From contig CM074524.1 of NCBI GenBank assembly GCA_037379345.1, forward strand, positions 22,130,750 through 22,194,749: a stretch of DNA of 64,000 nucleotides, written 5' to 3'. Of the stretch, positions 49,150 through 62,100 are shown one piece after another. Numbering within the stretch: the stretch's first letter is position 1; every line of letters begins with the position of its first letter. The notes under the pieces were generated by a model, which saw only the letters and a program-made list of their open reading frames with translations, made no database searches and had not been told where the DNA came from. A program made the position numbers and the translations under genes. This DNA is from Perna viridis. Taxonomy: Eukaryota.

Positions 49150-50900
49150 AGGGTATTTATCTAACTTTGTCACGATCAAATATCGACGTAATTTTGGGTA
49201 ATAATGCTGTAGTAGTGGAGATCGCGGATTGTTATGAAACACTGCTTAACCATTCAAAAATTTGGCTACAAGCCCAACGCAGACTGTCATTTTGCATGAA
49301 TTATAGCGATGATTTAAAGGCCTAGGGAGAACACAGAACAACATTTTTTTTAGTGTTGCGATATATGTGTATTAAGGATAGACCAAAATGATATATTGAT
49401 AAAAGTTGGACAGAACTACGGAAACTATAACGCCAGTATTCATGGATTCAATAAAGACAGGTAAGACAATGTACGGATATAATCATTATTTTGAAAAATA
49501 AGAAATCAAACAACCAAGAACATTTCGATTACTACTGAAAAAAGTACAAAAGTACATTTTGTTGCTGCACATGTACACAAATTTACAATGTATGGTTCAG
49601 TGTACTGAATATGCATGGAATAGTCCTTTTTCATATTCCTGACTTTGGCTTCGTGTTTTAAAGATTTTTTTTTCGGAAAAGGGAGTAACGTTTACAAATT
49701 TTCATCTGACAGACTGGTTTTCTATCAAATTGGAGCAATGGACAGCAGTAGACTTCAATTCAAATGATAGCCGCGGTACAAATGTAAGTACTTGGATTCT
49801 TTTAAATAACTTATTTCAAACCATTCAGGTATTTACCAAATATTTGAAAATAGTTTAAGTTTCCAATAAAAATATTTACTGTTTTCCCTTTCTCCAATGA
49901 GACCGCCAACCAGGTTGTCGGATGTGGTGTGTTACATTCCTTTGAAAAAAATTGCCAAAATGGCTTGCATTTCGTAAATATGAAATATTGCTATAAGCCT
50001 GATTCCCAATGTGGTGAATAGTTTTTGTATTGGCCGTATACAGTACAGCCTAATCCCTTTTGTAATTCAGTGTCCGGGGCTGTTTTCTGACTTGGCCGCC
50101 AAATGGCCTAAAGGAATTAAATAATACAGAAAACAATAATAATTACTTTGTCTGTAAAAGCTGAACAACTATATTTATATTATGAGTTGCTTATAAAATG
50201 TAACAGTGCATATATGCACTTTTCTGTGTAGAGTATACCAGTATTCACATTCAAATGTTTTTTGGGGGTTTTCTTTACTTCTTGTTAACTTTTTATTTTT
50301 GTTTTTGTTTTGTTTTTGTTTTGTTTTGTTTTTGTTTTCACTTTCAGTGTTGTAGATATACATTTACAAGGAGATGCAATGAACATAGAAATGTCCAAAT
50401 TATTTTTTGTTGTTGAAATGAATAAAATCCTTAATGATTTTATTTATCTCAAAAATGTCATTCGCAGGGAAATGAGTTTGACTTACAAGTGTGTAAAAAT
50501 GCAAAAAGGTGATTGAAGCATTGCAGTTCCAAGCCTATCATTTCTTTTTTCAAATAATAAATGTTCATGAGGTTTCCTACTTATTATACTTGTACATGTA
50601 CACACATTTAAAGGTGATTCTAGTATTCGTTGAAATTCTGAGTGATACAAATTATTCATTTAAGGGCTTTGTTTGAAAATTGTTAAAATATATTTGTTTA
50701 AACTATCAGGAAGATAAAAAGCTTGTCCATTGCTATTGACGGCAAGTCTTCTAGGAGAGTGTGAGGGTACAGGAGGGTGTTGAAACGCTAAGAGCCTCCA
50801 ATTGAAAAAGAACCAAATGGATAAATCAAGACTTTGAATTCTGGAGCTTATGATGGGAATTGGAAACAAACTGGAAAAAACATTACCAACCTTATTAAAT
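49150..50900 (+). pseudogene. Possible decayed multi-exon gene of unknown family
   Basis: Exon-like blocks with splice signals (donor after 49460; 49713-49783; 50371-50508; acceptor at 50708), but with stops and phase conflicts. Confidence 0.22.
50296..50338. repeat. (TTTTG/TTTTTG)n microsatellite
   Basis: Direct reading. Confidence 0.85.
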
Positions 50901-51629
50901 TGGGTATTCAGTGTTTGACCCCCTTTCCAGCATATATTTTGCTATTATATATCAGTACATAGGAGTTACTATATGTTATTAACATAAAGTATGAAGTTGC
51001 AAATCTTTTTCTAGATTTTTCTTTCTTGTGAAGACGCTTTAAATGAAGTAAAGGATCAATGATGAACACCAAAATGATTTTGACTTAGGGCAATTTTCGC
51101 CCCACCATGCCAACTTCCTTATGCTATGAAATTGTCCTTTGATAAATTCCCAGTTGCAGCCCTTGTTTCTTTATACTACTAGGGTGCATCATCATGTTTC
51201 CATAAAAAAATAAATCTTAAAGCGTAACTTCGGCAATTCGAAGATGTTAAAATGTGGTTAAAATAAGGAATTTTTTAATTGGGCAAATTTCCAAATTTTA
51301 AAACCTATTTAAAGATTTTCGGTTACTTATTATAACAATCTGCTTGTTGTTTTAAGAAAGGCTAAATGCTTTATTTAGTAAATTAAGTTCATTGATCATA
51401 TTTTTTAAATTTTCTCAATAAATATTGTCTTAATTTTGCATGTTTTGACCTGAAAATTGATATTTTCCTTAGAAATTATCAGAAAACAAAATGGTGGCCA
51501 TATCTCGGCCATCTTGGATTTTACGGAAAAAATATTTTGCTTTTTTTTTGTTTCACAAGGGGTCCTTTCCAATGTACTATAAATTATTAGTAATTGCTGA
51601 AATCACTTTTGGACGATTTTGTATGGTTG

Positions 51630-52763
51630 GACCAGGAGCACCGGTAGGGTAAGCATCCTCTGCTTTGTAATTTACCGTCTATGTACTGGATTCCCAAACT
51701 CCACAAGAATCCATACAAACAATGTTACGTAGCTGGATCTGCAAAATGTGCCACCAAACCTCTTTCAAAACTTTTAACTTCTATACTCACAGCTGTCAAA
51801 GAGGGTTTGCAGTCCTACCACAACACTTTTTACTCCCGTAGTGGAATTAATTCAATGTGTATCCTTAAAAATTCGAAAGATCGCTTGGATACAATCAGTT
51901 CTAGACAATCTTCAGAATATGATAGCATTAAAACCTGTGATTTTTCAAAACTGTATACTTCTATTCCACATACATCCATTAAAATCACTCTTTTGAGGCT
52001 GACTTTATAGCTGATCTGATCCAAAAGAAAGAATATCGTTTAGTTGATCCTTTCATCTCAGTTTCCGCTATATAGATGACGTGTTATCTTTAAACAATCC
52101 TAATTATGGGGATTTGATACATTGTATTTACAACAAAGAATAAAGGATACTACAGACACTGTGAAGTCAGCCTCATATCTTAGAAATCGATGGTACAGGA
52201 AAACTACTGACCAAACTTTACGACAAATGTGATGACTTTTCATTCAAAATTGTCGTATGGAGTGTTTATGTCACAACTCATTCGTTATGCCAGAGCTTGC
52301 CGAGACTATGAAGACTTTTTGTATCGCACCAGACTTCGAAAAAATAGGCTTCTGGTGCAGAGTTATGTTGCTACAAGATTGAAGACATCACTACAAAAGT
52401 TGTATGGTCATCATCATGAACTGATGGATCGTTACGGTGTATCCATCAGCGCCATGAAAACTGATTCGTTCAACGGGTCATCGTTTTCCTTTCCTCTTTC
52501 GTCTACCAAGGACTTGACTTTTTATGAGCAACTCGGCGGGTGTTTCTAGAAAAGCAGAGGATGCTTACCCTACCGGTGTACCTGGTCCATGCTCCCAGTT
52601 TTTAGTGGAGTCCGAGTTGCTTATTTGCTTTTGTTACTTTGTATGTATGATTTTAGTTACTTTATGTTCTTTGTTGCGTGTGTCGGTTTTCCACGTCTGG
52701 TCTTTGTCCCGGGATTACATTCTTTTGTTTACGGCTATAACCTTGGTTCCCTTGATTACTCTT
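51630..52763 (+). mobile_element. 5'-truncated, frameshifted Penelope-like retroelement (RT + 3' tail), with an inverted tail fragment at its 5' end
   Basis: YWIPKLHKNPYK, KTCDFSKLYTSIPH, FRYIDDV (~52064-52084) and YGVFMSQLIRYARAC. No C-terminal GIY-YIG is seen, consistent with Naiad-like organisation. Confidence 0.9.
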
Positions 52764-52959
52764 TCAGGAGACGGATTGGTATAAGACTTTAAGCCTTGTT
52801 TCTGAATTCTGTGATTAATTTGCTATTGTTCAATTCATTCTATTGTTTTGGATTGATGTTAAAATATGCAAATTAGTTAATAAATATGTTTAAACTAAAC
52901 AAACTATAGAGTTTTTATACTATTTTAAGTTATAATGACATGAACATGAAAAGAAGTTG

Positions 52960-53382
52960 AAATAGTTGTCGAAGAATCGTAGTTCGGTCGTAAAATGGTC
53001 AGAGCAAGGACGGTGTGAGCTTGGTAAAACTTACTTTTGTGGTATGTTCGTGGTAGAAGTATAGATATATGGAGCTGAAACGAAACGGTCGAAGGATGCG
53101 CAGTATGATCGCAGCCCAGTTTTTCTCATCAATGTTGCGATACGCTCCCACTTCGATGTATCAACGGCCGTTCCGATCTTAGCACAACCGTACTACGGTC
53201 TTGTTATGCTCATACTACATCCAGAAATGCAACGACCGTACTACGCTTGAATTTTGTCCACGGTTATCACGATCACGGATGTCTTACTACGACCTCACCA
53301 AGACTTTACTGCAATCACCAAGACCCTACCACTATTGTCAGATATTGCCATTGTACGTTCGTGGCCTAGTGTGACGGGGATA
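52960..53382. mobile_element. CpG-rich non-autonomous DNA transposon fragment (possibly PIF/Harbinger-type)
   Basis: Composition differs from the flanks, and it ends AGTGTGACGGGG-ATA; the matching left TIR was not found. Confidence 0.35.
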
Positions 53383-54559
53383 AGATGTTTTTTTAATGGG
53401 GGTGTGGGATGTGATGCCGGATTGTTAATGTATCTCTAAGACAAGATTCAATCAAGTCTTAGCCAATTGATATTTGGTTAATGATTTTTTTTATGTTCTA
53501 AAATGCATACAACTCGTCTGTGGGTGACCTTTAAAACATTTACAAATAAACTTAATAAGATGATTGACGACGTGAACCAAAATGTTGTCTTTATGGAATA
53601 CCTCGTTTTCACTTTATACACATATACTTTAAATATGTTGTTTGCAGATAAGATGTACACGATTTTTTGCATTCATTGGGTTTCCCCAATATGATACACT
53701 CGATATAATCGCAAGGTCAAGCCTAGTTAATATAAAAATCAATACCTATTAAAACTGAGACAATATAAATATTACAATTATAATAGATAAATTCAGAATA
53801 ATTTCAAATCAGTAGTGATACGACTACTTAAGAATGGGCTAAATGTAGATTTAGACTACTGTGAAGTATGTTTCCGGTAGATATCAATTTATCATCTGAT
53901 GAATATTAAAACTTAATTTCAGTCTATAATGAAGTACTATTGAGGGGTGTAATGCATTTCAATTCTATAATATGCCCAAATAAAAAAAGGAAACGGTTAC
54001 ACACCGAAACTAAAAAGTAACTATCAACTCTTTTCTTACGCAAAAATATGTCTAAAGCAGAACAATAAAGATGAACGGAGAATTTTTGTGACAATTCAAG
54101 CAACTTATGCGTTACATTTAATCTGTAACAAACTATCACAAATGCTTATAAATCACACTAAGGTAGAGTGCTACAGATAAGAAGACTTTTGACTCCAAGG
54201 TCAAGTGACATACAAAATTTTGGCCAAATACCATACAAAAAACTTTGTCTTGGCCATAATTGTTTTGTCTTTTTACTTAGACATATGATATTTGGTATGT
54301 TGCTGTATTTTCTGATGGCGAGGCTCACATAATGAAGTGGTTGACATTTGAAATTGACCTTTGACGTCATGGTCAAATAAGATACCAAATCTAGTGTTAA
54401 TAAGTACAGATGTCATACTGATACTATTTTTTTTAAAAATAATTTCTGTATATTGAGAAAATTCAATTAAACCCAGAATATTATTTCTTGTTTTTGTTGA
54501 TCTTCTCTTGGCATTATATTCCATTTCCATTTTTTGAGCTGATGCTTTACTGAAATGCA

Positions 54560-54635
54560 CATATCCTTATCAAATTGTCCCAGGATTACATTCTTTTGAT
54601 TTCAGCTAGAATCTTGGTTTTCCTGATTGCACTTA
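54560..54635 (+). mobile_element. Penelope-like tail fragment
   Basis: TTGTCCCAGGATTACATTCTTTTGATT. Confidence 0.6.
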
Positions 54636-55632
54636 TAAACACGAACATGTAGATTCTTGTTTATAGAACATTTCAAAATCTTTTATAATTTTGTTGTTTA
54701 AACATAACATTACAAAACTGTAACTTACTCTACATGGAAATAGGTGCTAGAAATTTAGATAAGGACAATTGGAAAACCAACATTCATAAATATAACATAG
54801 AAATATTATAAATGGATAACTAGAGGCTCAGAGATCCTGAATCGGTCACCTGGTTTACTATTTAATTATTATTAAAACAAACTTAACAGTGAGACAGGCT
54901 ATGTTAGAATTAACTGAATTGTCAAATGCAGGAAATGGTTTTAATAGCATTTTATGACCTGAACCAGAATTTTGCTGAAGGCACAAGTTTTTTAAATTAT
55001 TCCAACCCCTATGTTTCGTTTGTAGTATAAGCAGCCATATATATTCATGGATTGAAAATCACAAGTCATTTCGATCACAAATACACTTAAGAACAAAGAT
55101 GCTTTATTTCCATTAAATGATCTTAAGTTGTACATGTACATGTAAAACATATTAAGAATTATTTCGGAACCCATAACTCCTGCATTAGTGGACAAATCGT
55201 TTCGAAATTTTCGGCATTGGTAGGTCTTATGAAAAAAAAAAACCTGCAAAAGTTTTGATAAAGGCAACAAATTTTAATTTATTTTCAAAAGCTGCCTTCG
55301 GACTCCTATGTTCTATTTTTAGTCCCAACAGTCTTATTGTGTGGATTACCATAAGGAACAAATACGCCAACTTTCATTTCATTTAAGTACAATGGTTTTA
55401 GAGAAGAAGATTTACGAAGTTACAATGTTTCAGGGGCTGTGTCAAGTATTTCAAATGATAAATTGTTTTGAAAATTCCGGCATAAGTCTGTCTCATGAGG
55501 CTGATCGATATTACTCTGCAATAATGTTGCTAAGGGCAACAACCTAGAGTTGTTTGCTAAATATTGTTTTATTATTAGTAACAGATGTTTTGTTTGAATT
55601 CTGCACAATGGTTTTTGAGAAGAATATTTTCA

Positions 55633-55720
55633 TGTATGTCTGTTTTCCATGTCTGGTCTTTGTCCCTGGATTACATTCTTTTGATTACCGCTAGAACCTT
55701 GGATTCATTGATTACTCTTT
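55633..55720 (+). mobile_element. Penelope-like tail fragment nested in the HINE
   Basis: TGTCTGTTTTCCATGTCTGGTCTTTGTCCCTGGATTAC...GATTACTCTT. Confidence 0.8.
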
Positions 55721-55769
55721 CAAAGTTGTACATACAACGAATGCCAAAAAAGCTGTTTTAGGGGTCTTA

Positions 55770-56259
55770 CACTCCTTGAGATGTGTAGGTTTTCCGCACG
55801 CAGAATATGCAAACGCACGCTAAACGCTCATTAAACGCACGATAAACGAACGCTTCTATCGTGCGTTTAAACGAACGTTCCTAGTGTGTGTTTAAATGCA
55901 CGATAACCGAACGCTTCTATCGTGCGTTTAAACGAACTTTCCTAACGTGCGTTTGAACGGAAGATAGATAAATGCTCATATAGGGCGTTTAAACACACGA
56001 TAGACGAACAATGAAAATGAACACAAATAATATTAACATATAATGAAGAAAAAAATACAATTAATGAAAATATATAAATTATTTATAGCAAGAGATATAT
56101 AAATAACAGTTGAATCAAGGAAATAATCGAAGTACAAAAATAAACGAACGCTTCTATCGTGCGTTTGTCGTGCGTATAAACGAACGAAAAACGATGTTTA
56201 AACGCACGATAAACGATGTACGAATGCTAAAATAGGAAACGCGAAGGTTTCAAGGAGTG
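55770..56259. mobile_element. TA-flanked MITE with internal AAACGCACGA/CGTGCGTTT repeats
   Basis: TA-CACTCCTTGA...TCAAGGAGTG-TA. Confidence 0.88.
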
Positions 56260-56769
56260 TAACTCCTACATCAGTTGTCAATATCGTTTTCAGAATTTCG
56301 GCATAGTTCTGTGTCTTGATGCTGACTAATATTATTCCCAGCCAAAATTTCGTGAAGGAGTTATTCACAAAAAAATGCCTTAAGACCCCTATTTTTCTAT
56401 TGTTCTATTTTTAGAAAAGGCGTCTATGTTTTTTTCATGGATCATAAGTCCCAACGGAGATTTTGTGGACAATTCTTTAGAAGAGAAGATTTCGAAAAAA
56501 AATTAACGACGACGGACGCCAAGTGATGGCATAAGCTTACTTGGCTTTTGGCCAGGTGAGCAAAAATATCAAATGTTTATCTACTGGCCTTTATGCCTCT
56601 ATGCCTTGCATATTTAGAAAATGCCAACGTGCACGTTTATACAATATATTCAACAAGTTTCTAATTATTTTAGCCCAAACATGAGATCAGAAGTAAACTT
56701 TAACACATTCAATGAACTGTAAAATATAGGTGGCAGATACTATCCTTCGTTTGGATGCTGATTCACTAT

Positions 56770-57420
56770 CCTTAATGCATCAGTATATAACGTCAGTTAT
56801 ATGATCCTGCCTTTTATATTAATTTAGGTACATGTAAGATACCAGAAGTACTGATGAGATTTTGTAACGGTGAAAAAACGGTACCCCTTGGTGTTTCAGC
56901 TTTTCTGTCAGTAATCTCTTGTGTTAATTCAAATCTAACACTATATTACCAATACGAGAAAAACAGACAAGTTGTAAATGTTTATACCATATAAGAGAGT
57001 GCTTCAGGTATATCGCAATCTAGGAATGGCAAATAAACAATAGGAAGATCGGAAAATGTGAAGAAGGTCAATGATTGTCAATGCTACATTAGTTTTCAAA
57101 AACATTTTCTACAAAACATGACCAAAATGGTGTCATATCAGCAACAAGGTCCAAACACAATGTTGGTTTTTGTATACAAAACGTATTGTATTCTATGTTT
57201 ATTATCAGAGGTTGAGGTAGAAAACAATATCAGTGATACGACCTACACTGGTTTACTATCACAATTTCCAAAGACGAGATAGTCGAAAACCACAAATCTA
57301 TGCTATTCTATTTAGGTCTCTATTCGAAAGACGATGACTGTAATCTATCGTCTGTGTACTAGATTCTTAAAATCCACAAGAATCCATTTAAACAACCTTC
57401 ATAACTGTATCTGAAAACTT
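56770..57420 (+). mobile_element. Old Penelope-like ORF remnant (pre-RT region)
   Basis: Degenerate VFVYKTYCILCLLSEV...TTYT and KIHKNPFKQ, which resembles KLHKNPYKQ of the 51.7-kb copy. Confidence 0.55.
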
Positions 57421-57871
57421 TAATTAATTAATGCACATTAGATGAAAATTCTACCACTTTCCGGATAGAACAAAATGAAATTCAAAACAACATTGATTTA
57501 TCTTTCTATTGACATGTACTTTAGTCGTATACATTCTACGCCCATTAGAATTCTAAACATCCGTAGCCGTCCGCTGCATTATATGTAAAATGACGGATTT
57601 TACATTTTTTCGTTATTTTTGATACTACATTTTACGAACAGAAATAAGGTAGAACATCGATGATTATTGATATAGTGCTGACCCGTGAAACAATGATTGT
57701 GATCCGTGATCAACCACAAATTAGTTTCCGATCAATCATCTATCTGTCGAATCGATCCGATTAACCGGTGATGATTTTCATCATGTGACCAATGATCGGT
57801 TAGTATGTTTTACAAGGATTAGATTTTATTTCGACTTTCCCTTTTTAGACATATGGACGAAATAGCATAAA

Positions 57872-59145
57872 TGTAGACGTCAAATTAATTTTTACTATTT
57901 TATAAATGTTCCATTATAGTGTATTGCTTGCCACATATTGTGTATTCATTATATTTTCCGTCATCTGCTATAAATAGTCTTTAGTATGTTTTGATCAGTC
58001 ATACTTCATTGAGCCTGGTTGTAATAGTTTTTCTGCTTTTACAGTGCTAATTATCACGCCTGATTTAGTTCTCTGAGGTCAGTTCTGATTGGTCAGACAA
58101 AACTGATTGGATATTTAAAATTATACTTGAAAATACTATACATTTGAAATAATTCACATTCTCAGAAGTTTATCGCACAACTATGATATAGACTTTAGTG
58201 CATATTTTGAGTTCAAAAGACAATATTCAAAGGAACACTCGATTGATGTGGGAAAATGAAGCACTCATCTGGTAAGTATGTTATCATATTTTGTAGAATG
58301 TAGAGTTTCAATGGCGTATGCAGTGTGTTATGTCTGTAGTTGGTAAGTTTGGCCCTTGCTCCGATTGATATGATAGATGCGAGATCGTTTATGAATTTGT
58401 GAATGTATTATGATATGAATCTGTAGTTTGGTTGTAGTCAGAAAGATTTTAGAGAGATTCTGTGAGCGACCTTGATCCTTGCGGTTATGGGTCTATATTT
58501 GACATCGCATGATAATTATTTATACTAGTCTTATTTATTGTATACTAGTGTCTACATGGATTAGTACTTTCATCATAAAGACGTGCTATATTGATATTTT
58601 TGAGAAATATATATCTCATAGATCCATAGATCGTGTAATACCTTTCTGTATTATATAATGGGTTAATAGCTTTGATCCGAGTATTTATGCTTTACTCCTT
58701 AATTTCAGGAGATACTATATGTACTGACCCTGTATGTTATACATGTAGATGTAGACTATTATAACATATTCCCATAGATTGGTAGGTTTATATGCTTTAT
58801 AGTGTACTTGGTTTTATATGAGAATTATTAAGCTTGGTATTTTGATAAAATATATGCTTGTCATTTATCCATATGGGAAGAAGTTTGTCTATATATTTAT
58901 AGCTATTATCTAGTATGACTGTCAGATTTATTTTGAACTTCAGTACTTTCATTGTCATTGTTTTCTAATTACATATCTAGAGTGTGAACTGCATTCTATT
59001 AATGATAGTTTAAAGGCAAGTAATACTTACTTATATAACTTGTGAATTACTTTATTGTTGCATTGTTGTAATTTCAGGGTTATTTATTTTACTGAATAAA
59101 GATCTAGAACCCTAGTAGCGTGTTCGATACGACCTGCTTTATACA
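57872..59145 (+). mobile_element. Putative solo LTR (BEL/Pao-like architecture)
   Basis: TGTAGA...TATACA ends, paired ATTGG boxes plus TATTTAAA, internal splice donor/acceptor motifs, AATAAA ~45 nt before the end; TSD not matched. Confidence 0.4.
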
Positions 59146-59751
59146 CGAACCGATCGGTCGTTATTTTACATACGAAAACCGCGATCAGACTGGTAATCAG
59201 TCATTGATCTGTCTGCTAATACTCAATCAGCAGTCATAGATCCGTCAAGCATGTGCAATGATCGGTTAAGGGAATATATTTGCCGATTTCGATTCCACAT
59301 TTATATAAACACAATAAGTATGGTGTGTATGTCAAAAGACAACAACCCCATGGGGTACTGTTGTCTGAATTCTTTATTTCTTATCAGATATATTTGTTTG
59401 AATTGAGAACATTTTAAACAAAATAATATAAGGTGTCATTTATGAAATCTAAGCGATGATATATTGGATTTACGAACGAGTATTGTAATTAACTGATGGT
59501 TATTAATCACATTTGTAAACCAAATTGTTGAACATTCAGGAGAATGGCATTGTCTAGAAACCTAAAACACATAATAGCCTTTTCGTCTTGTCTAAAAATA
59601 TTTTTTTGTAATTTTTTTTTTATTATTATGCGGTATTAATATGTGCCAATGTTACATGTAATTAACTCGGTCTACTCAATTATACAAGTACATTTCAAAT
59701 AGATATTTTCATATTTCAAATCAAATATAGCCAGTCATCAAAACAACATTT

Positions 59752-60012
59752 AAGAGTAATAAAGGGACCAAGGTTATAGCGGTAATCAAAAGAATATAAT
59801 CCAGAGACAAAGACCAGACATGGGAAACAGACATACACAACAAAGAACATAGAGTAACTAAAATCATACATGCAAATTTAAAGTAACAAAAGCAAATGAG
59901 CAACTCGGACTCCACTAAAAACTGGGAGCATGGATCACGTGCGCCGGTAGGATAAGCGTCCTCTGCTTTCCTAGAAACACCGCCGAGTTGCTCACAAAAA
60001 GTCAAGTCCGGG
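59752..60012 (-). mobile_element. Penelope-like 3' tail copy
   Basis: Reverse complement of 52510-52763. Confidence 0.88.
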
Positions 60013-61269
60013 GTAAAAAACGCTTTTTATTGTATAACCAATGCAAGTATAACCAATTATATGCACGTATTTATTCCATGATAAGGCAATGTTGGCTTCT
60101 TTCTTATATCAAGGAATGTTTGTGTGAATACTAGTACTGTTTCCTGAAATGCTACATGGGTTTCGTATCTGTAAATAAGTACATCGCATAATGAACAAAT
60201 ACCCAAATTAAAAGAAATAACCGTTACGTAAAGACTTCGATGGTTTAATGAGAAAAATCTGGTTAACTCAATGTCTGACAAAAAAACCAGTTGTTTGAGC
60301 CACTTGCAATTTTGTCTTAGACTTGGGGGAACAAGGGCTTTTATATGTAAATGTTGTTTTAATGAAGTAAGCACCATTGTTGTCCTCGAATGGTAAATGC
60401 TGCCATCAAACTATTTTGTAATAACTGTAACTCCGAAACGAAAAGTTTAGCGCCTTTAGCTCAGCAGATGTATTGGTTGCGTCGTTATATAAAAAAAAGA
60501 AGATTGGTATTGTGTGAATTACCAATTTATTTCACAATGAAACCTTTTTTTTGTTAAAGAGAAGGGGTAATAGTAATATTCTAGAAAAAAAACATGAGCA
60601 AGAAAATCAGATTATATTGGTTTAATGACATAGTAAATTAAACTATCACTTGAATGAAACCTAATTTTCGTCGTGATATAAATTGTAGAGTTGAAGTTAT
60701 AAGACTTTGTATGGAAAATTCGAAATTCCAATTTTTGGTCGCTTTTGATGTGTTCTGAATATGAAAATCGCCACTAGTATTGAAAAGAACCTTAGAAGTA
60801 TCAATTGTAATAATACTCAACTGAAAACCTCAAATTAGCCATTATTTATTGAAACATCACTACTTTTACATTGAAAAAATGTCAGTTTAAGGGTAGAGGA
60901 GCCATAATTGAGATTTTCCGATGTAAGATCCAGTAATCAATAAATATGTAAAACAAATGTAGACAGTTCTTATATGATATCAGGGTCCATGATGCTTTAT
61001 TATGTCTATTATGTCTACAAGAAAAATCAATGAAAATTATATCTAATTTAGAAGAAAACTCAGTAGCTAATGAGGTATATTGTAGAGTTTTCAATTAGAT
61101 GCATGAAGTTTGTAATTTAGAAGCACGGTTTAAGAAAAGAATACACAAAAATCGGCTGGAAGCCTGTTCAGTAAATAAAATTGCATTTTATTTTCATTCT
61201 TTTACAACTTGTTTAACTTGTTTTATAACATTAATAATTATGTTATTCACATTAATTAGTTTAATTTGC

Positions 61270-62100
61270 ATATAGGTCCGCCATTCTCAGGAATTGTCCA
61301 ATATGTTATTAAAACTCATTCTAAGCAGATCGCCTAAATTCTTATACCTTTTATAGGCTAACATTTGCTTTTCTTTGAAAATGTTATTGTAAGCCACATT
61401 ATTGCCAATAATGTGCCAATATTTTAGTGCAGGTTTGTGCAACTTCTTAATGCAAGGTTTATATTTGATTGTCATCACCAGAATAATTACTTTCACCTGT
61501 GTACTTTTCTTTATTCTATTCTATTTTAGAGCCTCAGAAAACGTTTGTCAATTTCATTTCTTGAGACACTTTATTCTAAGTCCAAACTGAACTTGGACAG
61601 AGTCTCATGCAAATCATTGTCATTGTTTGTTGATTTTCGTTTACGAATTTTTTTCCCGTGAATAAATGCACGGAAGACGTTATTTTTATGATAATTCTTC
61701 CGATTGAGATAAAAAAAAAATTAAATCTTCTTCCATTTAATAAGTGTACGTCTAGGAAAGTTATAAAACTATCAGATATTTCGTATGTAAATTTGAGGAG
61801 CTTATGGTGGCCAATCGCCAATTAAAAAAAATACCGATCAGTTTCTGTTCAGGCCCATAATAAATAAAAAATAAATCATCCATGTATTGCACATAATTAT
61901 AAATATTTATCTAAATTTGAAAGATACCTTTCATAAATTTTGACATTAAAATATTCTTTACTCCCGGGGTATAGCTGGTGTTTAACGCCGAACCAAAGCA
62001 TTGTTTGAACTGCTTAAAACAAAGATGTTGTTTTCTAAAACTATAATTAAGAGGGTTTAATACATCATCAGTTCATGGGTATTTCACAGTATATTGTGAG
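61270..62100 (-). mobile_element. Degenerate Penelope-like RT C-terminal half (second family)
   Basis: YMDDLF, LKFTYEISDSFITFLDV, KYWHII...LAYKRYKNLGDLL. Confidence 0.75.

Larger units (their letters stand above)
54818..56566 (-). mobile_element. HINE-like element with nested insertions
   Basis: Reverse-complement termini AACTAGAGGCTC...TCACCTGG and (ACG)n...GGCCAGGTGAGCAAAAA. Confidence 0.75.
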
